Shown: positions 1 to 10,040, counted from the first letter of the stretch. The stretch: 64,000 bases of DNA from Candidatus Levyibacteriota bacterium (GCA_050255815.1 JBLMVJ010000035.1:10727-74726); one strand, 5' to 3'. A program made the numbers and translations. The notes: generated by a model not told the origin, from the sequence alone.

Positions 1-1041
1 TTACCTGAGGCATCTGATTCTGCCTTTTTGATCAAAAATAAAGGTACGGGACAAAATGTTACACAGATAGACACGCATGGAAATATTACTACTCAGGGCA
101 GCCTGCAGGCTGCTGCTGCAAGTTTTAGCGGCCAGCTTACTGCCGGAGACGCCAGCTTTAGCGGAACGTTGCGGGCATCATCTATCCTGGCTGATGATAT
201 AAACGGACTGGACCAGAAAGTGGCTACCGTTGCCGCAGACCTTATTGCCCGGGTAAAACCGGTTCAGAACATCCCCTCTTCTTCTTTTGGTGAGCCCCTT
301 GCTGATGTAAGCCTGCAGGCAAAGTTTGGGACATTTTCTGAAGGCCTGCTTTCCCTGGGGGCTTCTACCTTTGGCAATATTTCCGTTATGGATATGCTTT
401 CCATAGGATCCGGAAGCACATTCACGCTTTCCCAGGGCGCAATCAATACCTTGGGGACAGACTTGCAGATCCAGCCATTACGCCAAGCCGGAGTCAGCTT
501 TATGGCCGGTGCGGTCATCATAACACCTGATGGACAACTGCAGGTAAATGAGGACGCACTGTTTAACAAAAATCTGGCAGTCAAAGGAACGGTATATACT
601 AACTTGGTTTCTCCATTACCCAATTCTGATTTGTCCGTACAACTGGGTTCGGAGTCTACTTCTTCTGCCGGCTTTGCAGTCAGAGGGGCATCATCTTCTG
701 CAGTCCTCCGGGTGAATAACACCGGAGATGTGGTGGCATCCGGATCAGGTACGTTTGCAAAGATTAATATAAGTATGGTAGGACAGGCACTGGCTGCAAA
801 TGAAAATGAAGCGGTTGCCACCGGGTCTGCCGGAACAGCGGTGCTAAAAGCAAACAAAACCCAGCTCACTATTTTAAACCCTTTGATTACTGACCACTCC
901 CTGATTTATATAACCCCTGCCCAAAACACCTATAACCAGGTGCTGTTTTTAATGCGACAGGACCCTAAGAAATCATTTACGGTTGGGGTATCCCAACCCA
1001 TTTCCCAGGATATAGAGTTCAATTGGCTCATCGTGAACTAA
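1..1041 (+). CDS. C-terminal part of a large secreted/surface repeat protein (5' end outside the window)
   Basis: Frame 1 is open from base 1, with no stop before the listed TTG at 28. The 337+ aa are rich in G/S/T/A/N/Q with repeated ASFSGxL-like segments. No family recognised. Confidence 0.5.
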   Translation, partial: LPEASDSAFLIKNKGTGQNVTQIDTHGNITTQGSLQAAAASFSGQLTAGDASFSGTLRASSILADDINGLDQKVATVAADLIARVKPVQNIPSSSFGEPLADVSLQAKFGTFSEGLLSLGASTFGNISVMDMLSIGSGSTFTLSQGAINTLGTDLQIQPLRQAGVSFMAGAVIITPDGQLQVNEDALFNKNLAVKGTVYTNLVSPLPNSDLSVQLGSESTSSAGFAVRGASSSAVLRVNNTGDVVASGSGTFAKINISMVGQALAANENEAVATGSAGTAVLKANKTQLTILNPLITDHSLIYITPAQNTYNQVLFLMRQDPKKSFTVGVSQPISQDIEFNWLIVN

Positions 1042-1234
1042 CGAAGTTAGTGAACGAGAGCGAAGCGACCTTGTGAACTAACGAAGTTAGCAGAATTGTT
1101 CCAAAAAAGTGAAAAAAAGAAAAACATTTCTTATAAAAGAATAAAATAATTTGTTAGAAGAGGGATTAAAAAAAGAAATTATGAGGCTAAATTTGACCAA
1201 TTGTTAGAAAAAGCCACAATAGTAGTTTTTATCC

Positions 1235-1263
1235 TTGACATTATACTTTTACACTGATAAATT
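1235..1263 (+). promoter_or_regulatory. sigma70-like promoter positioned for a leaderless transcript
   Basis: TTGACA at 1235-1240, 17-nt spacer, TGa-TAAATT at 1255-1263, then 7 nt to the ATG at 1271. Confidence 0.4.
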
Positions 1264-1270
1264 TAGACAC

Positions 1271-3373
1271 ATGGGAAATAATTCAACCATTATTCTTCTT
1301 AAGAAAATATCTGTTTGGGTACTTTCTTTTGTACTATTCTTCTTCCCTCTTCTCTTTTTAGTAAACGCAACTGATCCATTCCTTTTGCCAAAACAGGTAT
1401 TCCTGGTTATGGCATCTGTAGTCCTGCTGATCCTTTGGAGCGTTATCATGGTCTTTGAAAAAAAGATTATGATCCGGACCAGTCCGTTTAATCTTCCGGC
1501 AGGACTCTTTACTTTAGCAGTACTTATTTCAGCATTCCTCTCCCGGAATATGTATGATTCACTTGCTCTTGCTATTCCGGTGTTGGCTTCTTTCATACTG
1601 TATTTTGTGGCACAAAACACCATATCAAATAAAAAGGATTTACTGTTTGTCTTATCTGCTCTTCTTTTGGGAGGAGCCGTGTCTTCCCTTATCTCAGTTT
1701 TGTACTACCTGAAGATTTACTTCCTTCCTATTCCGGCAATCCAAAGCCAGTACTTCACTACCTTTGGTTCTCCTATCCAGCACATTATTTATATAGTACC
1801 GCTTTTGATTGTTGCCGCCTACTTCCTGTCTAAAGAAGTGAGAGGGAGAAAACCTGAAGCAAACTACAATACTATATTATTTGGCGGACTTACCGGCACC
1901 CTTCTCATCTCTGCCGTCCTCTTAATAGTACAGGTAGTAACTGCACCACAAAAACCACTCTTACTGCCATACACATTTGGCTTCCAGATTGCTACCGCAG
2001 CTATTTCCCAGGACACCACACGCTTCTTAATTAGCCTGCCGTTTGGGTCCGGATTTGGCACATTCTTATCAGACTTTACCAGGTTTAAACTTCCTGATAT
2101 CAATAATGGCCAGCTTTGGGCTGCATCCTTTAGCACTTCTTCTTCTTTTGTCCTGGAGCTTTTAACCACCGTAGGAGTAGTAGGACTTTTAACCTACTTA
2201 TTTATGATTGCCAAGGTATTAAAGAATAGGACAAAAGACACCACCCCATTATTCTTTGCACTGTTAGTAGTGTTCTTAGTCTCATTCTTCCTGCCGCTTT
2301 CTATCATCTCCCTTACCCTTATCTTTATTTTAATGGCGCTGTTTACCAGCACTTTATTCCTGGACCACAGCAAAAATGTATATGATATAAGCCTTTCTAT
2401 AGTAGCTCTAAAACATGGCCTATTCTCTATAGAGGAAACGTCAGGCGCACCTAAGAAAGCTTCAGAATCTTCAAAGGTGCTTCCGATTATTGTAGCGCTG
2501 GTTATCATTCTGGTTGGCGGGTATACCGGGTATCTCTCATTCAAACTCTTGTCTGCAGACATGAAGATGGCAGACTCTTTGTCACAAAGCAAGAGGAACA
2601 ACGGCCAGGCTATTTATGACCTCCAGAGACAGGCGCTCATAGACTTCCCGTACCGCTCTGATTATTACAGGATCTTCTCCCAGATTAACCTGGCTCTTGC
2701 TAACTCTATAGCCGGTGCTGTCCCACAGGGATCTACCCCTTCCACTACGGCACAGGCAACTATTACGCAATTGCTGCAGCAAAGTATTGCAAACGGCAGG
2801 ACTGCAGTAGCCCTGGCTCCTATGAGCTCAGTAAACTGGGAAAACCTTTCCCAAATCTATAGGAGCTTAATAGGGGTAGGACAAAATGCGGGAGAATTTT
2901 CAGTGGCAACCATGAACCAGGCTATCATTTTAGATCCTTCCAACCCACTCCTGAGGGTAGAATTAGGGGGTATCTACTACCAGCTGCAGCAGTATGACGC
3001 AGCCCAAAACCAATTCCAGATTGCAATTAACCTGAAGCCTGACTTTGCAAATGCATACTACAACCTGGGCCATGCTCTTGAAGCAAAAGGAGATCTGAGA
3101 GGTGCAATAACCGCATACCAGGCAGCACAAAGCCTTACCACCAATGATAATGATAAAAAGAGGTTGGATTCTGAAATGGAAGTTATCCTGAAAAAAATTG
3201 GGACAGAGGTAAAACCGGGCACTCAGCCATCAGCAGCTGCTCCATCTGCAGACCAACCACCACTTGGAATAAGTACACCTTCAGCACAACTGCCTAGCCA
3301 AAAAGACCAGGTAAAATTACCTTCACCACCAACTGAAACTCAACCAACAGCCACACCTAAAACTACGAAATAA
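1271..3373 (+). CDS. polytopic membrane protein, O-antigen-ligase/polymerase-like, with C-terminal TPR repeats and a Pro/Thr/Gln-rich tail
   Basis: About 12 predicted TM segments. TPR-like block AQNQFQIAINLKPDFANAYYNLGHALEAKGDLRGAITAYQ. The listed ORF starts at TTG 1235; ATG 1271 is preferred. The O-antigen-ligase assignment comes from architecture only. Confidence 0.6.
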   Translation: MGNNSTIILLKKISVWVLSFVLFFFPLLFLVNATDPFLLPKQVFLVMASVVLLILWSVIMVFEKKIMIRTSPFNLPAGLFTLAVLISAFLSRNMYDSLALAIPVLASFILYFVAQNTISNKKDLLFVLSALLLGGAVSSLISVLYYLKIYFLPIPAIQSQYFTTFGSPIQHIIYIVPLLIVAAYFLSKEVRGRKPEANYNTILFGGLTGTLLISAVLLIVQVVTAPQKPLLLPYTFGFQIATAAISQDTTRFLISLPFGSGFGTFLSDFTRFKLPDINNGQLWAASFSTSSSFVLELLTTVGVVGLLTYLFMIAKVLKNRTKDTTPLFFALLVVFLVSFFLPLSIISLTLIFILMALFTSTLFLDHSKNVYDISLSIVALKHGLFSIEETSGAPKKASESSKVLPIIVALVIILVGGYTGYLSFKLLSADMKMADSLSQSKRNNGQAIYDLQRQALIDFPYRSDYYRIFSQINLALANSIAGAVPQGSTPSTTAQATITQLLQQSIANGRTAVALAPMSSVNWENLSQIYRSLIGVGQNAGEFSVATMNQAIILDPSNPLLRVELGGIYYQLQQYDAAQNQFQIAINLKPDFANAYYNLGHALEAKGDLRGAITAYQAAQSLTTNDNDKKRLDSEMEVILKKIGTEVKPGTQPSAAAPSADQPPLGISTPSAQLPSQKDQVKLPSPPTETQPTATPKTTK

Positions 3374-3375
3374 GT

Positions 3376-5523
3376 ATGGAAAGTAAAGATGTGCCGTCAA
3401 TAGTATCAAAGCTGCAGATAGGCGTGTTGTGCACCATGCTGGTATTATTCCCCTTAGCATTTATTCCTAACTCCACTGACTCATTTACCATGGGTAAGAG
3501 CCTAATCCTCATACTGGGGACTTCCCTTCTTATCCTGTTGTGGGCAATTGCATCTATATATAAGAAAGGCTTTGTCTATAAATCCAGCCCATTTAACCTT
3601 CCGGTTGCCCTTTTTGGCGTAGTGGTACTTATTTCCTCCCTGCTCTCCCGCAATATGTATGATTCTCTTGTTGCAGCTGTTCCCGTAGTCTTCTCTTGCG
3701 TATTGTACTTTACCATTTCTTATATGATAAGCAGCAGAAAAACACTTATTTTAGCTATTACCAGCCTTATTGCCGGCGGCGCACTGACTGCCCTTTTAAG
3801 TACCGCTTACTATCTGAAACTTTATTTCCTGCCTATTCCGGGTATTAATAACCAGTACTTTTCCCCGTTTGGGTCAGGCGTACAGGAAGCAATTTACCTG
3901 ATTGCCCTTCTCATGTTCCCGCTTTTCTCCCTATTAAGACAAACAAAGACCAGAAAGCTTACGGTTACGCAGGATTTCCTCATTGAAGCAGGTTTGGGAG
4001 GCGCACTTTTGATAGGGGTAATCTTTATTACCCTTTCCATCATTACTTCCCCAACCAAACCTATTATATTGCCATACACATATGGCTTGCAGATTGCAGC
4101 CGCTACTATTAGCCAGGATATCTCGCGCCTCTTTATCTCATTCCCATTTGGATCCGGCTTTGGCACGTTCTTAAATGACTTTGCCCGCTTCAGACTGCAG
4201 GAGCTGAACGCAAACACTACGTTTGCTACCGCCTACCCATCCTATTCATCATCTTTTGCCCTGGAGCTGATGACTACCACCGGCATCTTAGGCATCCTTT
4301 CTTACCTCTTTATAGTGTTTAAGGCCTTAAAAACCCGCATGAAAGACAGCAATCCATCTTACTTTGGCCTGGTTATCTTATTTATTGTCTCATTCTTCTT
4401 ACCGTTTGGCCTTCCAACTATTGCACTGGTCTTTATTCTTTTGGGAGTCTATTCATCATCCTTATTCCTGGCAAATGACAGGCGGGTACATAATACCAGC
4501 CTCTCACTGGTTGCCTTTGACCAGGGAATTATTTCTACAGAGGATGTGTTGAGGAATGAGCGGGTTAAGTCTGAGAGTATTATCCTGCCGGTTCTTATCA
4601 CTATCTTAGTGGTACTAATAGGAGGATTTGCTTCATTTATGATGGTACGCCTGGTAGATGCAGACACCAAAATGGTTTCCTCTTTGGTTGTACCTGCCGG
4701 TAAGAAGCTCACCATCCAGCAGCAATATGACTTGCAAAGAAATGCGGTAAATGAATTCCCTTATAAATCAGACTACCAGAGGACATTCTCCCAGCTTAAT
4801 ATGAACCTGGCTAACTCTATTGCTGCCAGCCTGCCAAAAGGCGCTACCCCATCAGCAGTTGTACAGCAAAGCGTCAACCAGCTCTTACAGCAATCAGTAA
4901 ATTCAGCCAGAAGCGCTGCTGATATAGCACCGCTTACTTCAACCAACTGGTCCAATCTGGCACAAATTTACCGGAACCTGATAGGCGTGGGCCAGGGAGC
5001 TGACCAGTTTGCCATTGCAGCCATGAACCAGGCAACACTGTTAGACCCAACCAATCCATTCTTAAGGCTGGACTACGGTGGTATTTATTACCAGTTAAGC
5101 CAGCTGGATGCAGCCCAAAACCAATTCCAGATTGCCATTAACCTGAAGCCTGACTTTGCTAATGCCTATTACAATCTGGGCCATGTGATAGAGTCCAAAG
5201 GAGACCTTTCTACCGCACTTTCTCTCTACCAGACTACCCTTTCCCTGGCCGGAAACAATCCAACAGATAAAAAGAAACTCAGTGATGAAATAGAAGCATT
5301 GAAGAAAAAGATTAATGAAACAGCAGCTACTCAACAGCAGCAGACACCGGTAAACCTGCAGACCAGCGCAGGCCAGCAGCAACCTATTGGCATTAACGCT
5401 CCTTCAGCTCAATTTCCAGCACCTAGCAGGCCGGTAAAACTTCCTCCACCTCCTGGTGCCAGCGCTTCTCCGGAACCGTCTCCTTCGGCTGCTCCCAGGC
5501 CTACGGCCACCCCCACACAATAA
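3376..5523 (+). CDS. paralog of the preceding gene (polytopic membrane protein plus TPR and a Pro-rich tail)
   Basis: Collinear similarity to the 1271-3373 product along its whole length. The ATG lies 3 nt after the upstream stop. Confidence 0.6.
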   Translation: MESKDVPSIVSKLQIGVLCTMLVLFPLAFIPNSTDSFTMGKSLILILGTSLLILLWAIASIYKKGFVYKSSPFNLPVALFGVVVLISSLLSRNMYDSLVAAVPVVFSCVLYFTISYMISSRKTLILAITSLIAGGALTALLSTAYYLKLYFLPIPGINNQYFSPFGSGVQEAIYLIALLMFPLFSLLRQTKTRKLTVTQDFLIEAGLGGALLIGVIFITLSIITSPTKPIILPYTYGLQIAAATISQDISRLFISFPFGSGFGTFLNDFARFRLQELNANTTFATAYPSYSSSFALELMTTTGILGILSYLFIVFKALKTRMKDSNPSYFGLVILFIVSFFLPFGLPTIALVFILLGVYSSSLFLANDRRVHNTSLSLVAFDQGIISTEDVLRNERVKSESIILPVLITILVVLIGGFASFMMVRLVDADTKMVSSLVVPAGKKLTIQQQYDLQRNAVNEFPYKSDYQRTFSQLNMNLANSIAASLPKGATPSAVVQQSVNQLLQQSVNSARSAADIAPLTSTNWSNLAQIYRNLIGVGQGADQFAIAAMNQATLLDPTNPFLRLDYGGIYYQLSQLDAAQNQFQIAINLKPDFANAYYNLGHVIESKGDLSTALSLYQTTLSLAGNNPTDKKKLSDEIEALKKKINETAATQQQQTPVNLQTSAGQQQPIGINAPSAQFPAPSRPVKLPPPPGASASPEPSPSAAPRPTATPTQ

Positions 5524-5575
5524 GGGTTTAGGGTTTAGTTCACACAAAGAATCGAGCAATCAAAATAAACTCCCA

Positions 5576-5627
5576 CCTTAATTTCATCTCTTGAATATGA
5601 AACCATGGAGAAACGAATGAGTGAACC
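5576..5627. repeat. copy A of a ~55-nt intergenic repeat family
   Basis: ccttaatttcatctcttgaatatgaaaccatggagaaacgaatgagtgaac aligns with 44778-44834 and 22696-22753. Confidence 0.6.
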
Positions 5628-5827
5628 ACAGGACCCCAAATCAGACAGCTTCAAGCTTTTAGATTCATCCCAAGGGTAATAATTTTTAACTATACCCTAT
5701 ACCCTAAACGCTATTTCTCGAGCTCCTTTGAAATAAAAATATCAATCAAGTCCTTGAGCGAGAAAAATACCGGGAGTCTTTGGCAAGCAAGCAGGTCTAC
5801 GAGTGCGCCAAGAGTTAACGGTACACC

Positions 5828-6952
5828 CTATTGGAGGAAGGACAGAGGATTCTGGTTGCCGGAGGCTGAACGTACTTCAAAGTGTAAATGCGGTCCCGTA
5901 GTCCTACCGGTCACCCCTACCCATCCTACCACCGTCTTTCCGGCGGTTACCCTATCCCCTGCAGAAACACCCAAACCACTCATATGGGCATATAGCGTAG
6001 AATACCCATTATCACCGTGAATCACCACGTGGGTTCCATAGCCGTAATTCCAACCGCTGGGGTACGCAGCAGACACTACGCCGTTCTGTGCGGCTATAAT
6101 AGGCGTCCCAATAGGCGCGCCTAAGTCAACTCCCGGGTGGTACCAGTAGAATCCCTGGTTCAGGGTTCCTCTGATAGGCCAGGTAAACCCGGCGTCTGTT
6201 ACGGTAACCGGACCGCTTGCTATATACGTCTGCCTCACATACTGCGGACTTACCTGCTCTTCAGGCTTCACCCCATCAGGAACTATAATAATCTGACCGG
6301 TAACCAGTGAGAATGTCTGGGGATTTGCAAAATCGTTAAACGGAAAATCTACTATAGCCTGCGCGTTTACATTGTATTTTTTAGCTATGGAATAAATAGT
6401 ATCACCCTCTGCAACTTTATGGGAAATTCCGGTGACCGGCAGGATCTTGAGGTTATCGCCTATAGAAATGTCATCCCCGGAGAGGTCATTTGCCCACTTG
6501 ATAGTGTCTGAAGAAATTCCAAATTTAGAAGCTATAGTAGAAATGGTATCTCCTTTCTGCACGGTGTAGGTAATAACTTTGTCACGGACTCCTACCGTAT
6601 TTTGGGTTTGGAAGACGTTATCCTGGGAAAGCGTGAGGGAATCAGCCTGGGGGGACTGGGCAAAGGAAAGCATGCTTTTCTGGGTAGGCAGCAGCTGGGA
6701 ATCAGTAATAAACGGGGAAATCATAACCCCTACCGTCAAAATAACCATAATGCTGACATGCAGGAACATACGGTTTCTCCTGCCGCGCCTTATTAAAACG
6801 CCCTTTACTATATTGTTTTTCTGTTTTTCAAACTCATTGGAGATAAAAATAAACTTGTCCTGTATGTAAATTTTGAAGAAGATGGAGAAAGCTTTTGCTT
6901 CAGAAAGGATAAAACCAATACTTTTTCTAACCGTTTTCAACGTATTTCTCAT
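5828..6952 (-). CDS. LysM-domain M23 family metallopeptidase (cell-wall hydrolase)
   Basis: N-terminal TM segment, two LysM-like repeats (YTVQKGDTISTIASKFGIS and HKVAEGDTIYSIAKKYNV), and M23 motifs HPGVDL and GPHLHFEV. Confidence 0.8.
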   Translation of the reverse strand: MRNTLKTVRKSIGFILSEAKAFSIFFKIYIQDKFIFISNEFEKQKNNIVKGVLIRRGRRNRMFLHVSIMVILTVGVMISPFITDSQLLPTQKSMLSFAQSPQADSLTLSQDNVFQTQNTVGVRDKVITYTVQKGDTISTIASKFGISSDTIKWANDLSGDDISIGDNLKILPVTGISHKVAEGDTIYSIAKKYNVNAQAIVDFPFNDFANPQTFSLVTGQIIIVPDGVKPEEQVSPQYVRQTYIASGPVTVTDAGFTWPIRGTLNQGFYWYHPGVDLGAPIGTPIIAAQNGVVSAAYPSGWNYGYGTHVVIHGDNGYSTLYAHMSGLGVSAGDRVTAGKTVVGWVGVTGRTTGPHLHFEVRSASGNQNPLSFLQ

Positions 6953-7008
6953 AAGGGGAATGAAAGATACTGTACCAAAAAAGGGTTAACAAAACAAGGG
7001 TGCGGAGG

Positions 7009-8271
7009 CTAGTCCTTGCCTAAATTCATTAAGAATTCGTCATTAGTGTCTGTTTTGGCAAGCTTTTCAAGCAAAACCTCTGCCCGCTCATCCGGATTCA
7101 GGATGTCAATCATGCGGCGCATCATAACTACTTTCCTATACTTATCTTCAGGCATCAGAAGCTCTTCCTGACGTGTACCTGATTTTTCTACGTTTATAGC
7201 CGGGAAGATCCTGCGTTCAGCCAGCCTGCGGTCCAAATGCAGCTCCATATTACCGGTTCCTTTAAACTCTTCAAAAACCAGGTCATCCAGCCTGGATCCG
7301 GTCTCTACTAATGCGGTACCTATAATAGTAAGCGATCCTCCATCTTCACAGTTACGTGCGGCCCCAAAGAAACGCTTGGTTGGGTATAAAGCTGCCGGAT
7401 CATATCCTCCGGAAAGGGTACGACCTGAAGGCTCTATAGACAAGTTATAGGCACGGGCCAGCCTGGTAATAGAATCCAGAAGAATTACTACGTGTTTGCC
7501 GTTTTCTACTAAGCGTTTTGCTCTATCTAGGGCTATCTCAGCCACCCTGGTCTGGATCTCAGGAGACTCATCAAAATTGGAAGCTACCACGTCACCCTTC
7601 ACGGAACGCGCTATATCCGTCACCTCTTCAGGACGTTCTCCTATAAGAACCGCCATAAGATGAACATCCGGGAAGTTAGTGGTAATACCGGTGGCAACAT
7701 CCTTCAGGATAGTGGTTTTACCTGCTTTTGGCGGGGAAACTATCATACCGCGCTGTCCAAAACCAATAGGCGCCACCAGGTCAACTACACGGGTAGAAAG
7801 CGGATGTTTTTTAGTAGCCAAAGTAATTTGTGTATTAGGATAGATAGGAGTTAAGTCATCAAAGTAAGGGCGCTTGGTGGACTTTTCAGCCTCAATCCCG
7901 TTTACCTTGCTTATTTTAAGTAAACCATAATAGCGCTCATTATCCTTTGGCGGACGTCCCAGCCCCTCCACCAGGTCTCCCGGACGCAGCCAGAAGCGTC
8001 TGATCTGGGAAGCTGAGATGTAGATATCACGGTCTGATGGCCTGAATTTTGGCCTCAGGAAACCATGGCCTTCATGCTGGATATCTAAAATGCCGGAAAC
8101 TACCTCTCCGGACTCTTCACGCTCATAATCTGAACTGCCGTAGCCGCGCCTATCCTCAATAACCGGTTCTTCCCGGGCTGATACAGGCTCCCCTACCGGC
8201 TCTGAAGCTACAGGCTCTGCCTGACCCTCTTCAACAGGCTCCTTAATAGTTGTTTTACGTGCGACTGGCAT
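7009..8271 (-). CDS. rho: transcription termination factor Rho
   Basis: Walker A SPPKAGKTTILKDVA, an acidic N-terminal extension, cold-shock-like RNA-binding region, and RecA-type core through the C-terminus. Confidence 0.9.
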   Translation of the reverse strand: MPVARKTTIKEPVEEGQAEPVASEPVGEPVSAREEPVIEDRRGYGSSDYEREESGEVVSGILDIQHEGHGFLRPKFRPSDRDIYISASQIRRFWLRPGDLVEGLGRPPKDNERYYGLLKISKVNGIEAEKSTKRPYFDDLTPIYPNTQITLATKKHPLSTRVVDLVAPIGFGQRGMIVSPPKAGKTTILKDVATGITTNFPDVHLMAVLIGERPEEVTDIARSVKGDVVASNFDESPEIQTRVAEIALDRAKRLVENGKHVVILLDSITRLARAYNLSIEPSGRTLSGGYDPAALYPTKRFFGAARNCEDGGSLTIIGTALVETGSRLDDLVFEEFKGTGNMELHLDRRLAERRIFPAINVEKSGTRQEELLMPEDKYRKVVMMRRMIDILNPDERAEVLLEKLAKTDTNDEFLMNLGKD

Positions 8272-8698
8272 AGTTAAATTGAAAAGATAGAGATATAGCT
8301 GTTACCCAAGATTCCGGAATGAAATGAACTAAATTTGTGTCTGTGTCATCTTGGAAAAAGAATTACGCGGTAATTTCTGAAGCTATGGTTGTATTAAAAC
8401 ATGAGACCCGCCATCTTGTCAAGAGACAAGACTCAAGCTACAAGCTAATAATTATCCTCTTCTCTTACCCTTTTACTGCCCAGCTCTTACATTATTATGG
8501 GAAAGCCACTCCAAAATGATTTATAGCGTTCGAGAAAACGAAGTGACTCGAGTTAATGCTATGAACTATAGACCATTAACCATGAACGTATCCCACTTTT
8601 TTACGAAGGAAAAAAGCAAGACCGGAGTGCCAACGAGGATCTTTACTTTTCGAAAGAAGTGAGAAAAACAAGGTCTAAAGATTAGACCCTATAGTATC

Positions 8699-8727
8699 TT
8701 GACAAAGCTCAGCTATTATGATATACT
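8699..8727 (+). promoter_or_regulatory. strong sigma70-like promoter with extended -10
   Basis: TTGACA at 8699-8704, 17-nt spacer, TGa-TATACT at 8719-8727, lying 51 nt upstream of the ATG at 8779. Confidence 0.55.
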
Positions 8728-8778
8728 CCCTGGCGAGCCTGATTTTACAGGCAAATTTACATTTTCCGAAGAAAAAAT

Positions 8779-9450
8779 ATGAACTTTACTAAACTTTCTA
8801 AAATCGCTCTTACCGCCTCAGCTATCCTCATGGGATCCGCAAACCTTGCCTTTGCAGCAGGGTCTACTAATTGTGAAATAGTATACGGTGGCGGACAAGT
8901 TTGTACTCCTCAGATTAAATTTACTATAGATAAAAAGATCCAGAAGCCTACAAAAGGTGGAGGGTTTGTAGACAACCTGGGGGCAAATGATGACAAATTT
9001 AATCCCGGCCAAGACGTAGTCTTTCAAATCACTGTTCAAAATACCGGAGACCAGGCAGTAACATTAAACGTTGTTGACGTGCTTCCTTCTTATATAACTT
9101 TTGTTTCAGGCGGAAACTTTGATTCAGGATCTAATAAGGTTACCAACCAGGTCTCACTCAACCCGAATGATTCAAAAACCTTTACTATTGCAACCAGGGT
9201 GGTAAATGCCGGAGGTCTTCCTGCAAACCAATCAGTTACGTGTGTTACTAACGTTGCAAACGCTATGACCACTGACAACAACAACAGCGCGCAGGATACC
9301 GCACAATTCTGTATCCAGAATAATGTAACCGTACAGCCTCAGATTCCATCAAAATCTATCCCAAATACCGGTCCTGAAGCTTTAGCCTTACTTATTCTCC
9401 CTCCAGTAGGCGCAGCAGGTTTTTACTTAAGACGTAAAGCTGTCCTCTAA
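8779..9450 (+). CDS. secreted surface protein with a DUF11/CARDB-like fold and a sortase-type C-terminal sorting signal
   Basis: Signal peptide ending AFAAG. Central VTLNVVDVLPSYITFVSGG block. C-terminal IPNTG followed by a hydrophobic stretch and RRKAVL. Confidence 0.6.
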   Translation: MNFTKLSKIALTASAILMGSANLAFAAGSTNCEIVYGGGQVCTPQIKFTIDKKIQKPTKGGGFVDNLGANDDKFNPGQDVVFQITVQNTGDQAVTLNVVDVLPSYITFVSGGNFDSGSNKVTNQVSLNPNDSKTFTIATRVVNAGGLPANQSVTCVTNVANAMTTDNNNSAQDTAQFCIQNNVTVQPQIPSKSIPNTGPEALALLILPPVGAAGFYLRRKAVL

Positions 9451-9881
9451 TAAATCTAGAACCAAAAGGTCGGAGAGAGCGGTTTTGTCTCTTCAAACAA
9501 AGCTATCCACCACTCCCAAACTTTCTAGACAATCCCAACGACCAAAAAAATAGAACCTCTCTCCCCTACCTTTTAAGGCTTTGCCTTGCGAAAGGCATTT
9601 GCTTGCCTGAAAAAGACGGGGTTAGGGCGTGTATTTTTTACACTCCCGAATGTGCGTTTAGCTCAACTGATGTATTAGCTTATGTCAGAAAGGCAAAAAC
9701 GTGTTCTTTAACAAAAGGCATGTAGAAAAATGAAGTTTCCATTGCATCCACTTATGTGGATTTAATGGATGCTCCGATAATATCGGAGCAAGGTACTGTA
9801 AGTACCGGGTTTTGCGCGCTATGAGGAGAGACATGGCGCGCGACATCCGGTACTTACCGAGAAAAAACGGAGAAGCAGAAC

Positions 9882-10040
9882 ATGACACAGCCCTCTACAC
9901 CCGAGACCAACACCCTCGCCCATGCGCTTGCGCAAGCTTTGGCTAACCGCCAAGGTAAAAATCCACGCAAGCTGCGGACAGCAAAGGACTTTGAGTTTCT
10001 GGGCCGCGAGGTACTGAAGGTCATAGGACAACAGGCATAG
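9882..10040 (+). CDS. hypothetical 52-aa protein (first ORF of the high-GC island; below the ORF-track cutoff)
   Basis: ATG at 9882 preceded by GGAG at 9869-9872. GC-rich codons. Stop TAG lies 8 nt before the next ATG. Confidence 0.3.
   Translation: MTQPSTPETNTLAHALAQALANRQGKNPRKLRTAKDFEFLGREVLKVIGQQA

Noticed and set aside
5524-5538. Plant-type telomere repeat (TTTAGGG)2
   Set aside because: There are only two units inside a bacterial intergenic region. I treat it as one arm of an inverted repeat, not as telomeric DNA or eukaryotic contamination.
5754-6020. 88-aa + strand ORF overlapping the 3' end of the M23 peptidase gene
   Set aside because: It is antisense to a well-supported gene and has no motifs or start context.
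9464-9574. Long-range stem (aaaaggt..gagagag with ctctctc..acctttt) and a GCGA-tetraloop hairpin downstream of the surface-protein gene
   Set aside because: It is probably an unusual terminator or 3' UTR structure for the 8779-9450 gene. There is no second copy or other evidence to raise it to a finding.
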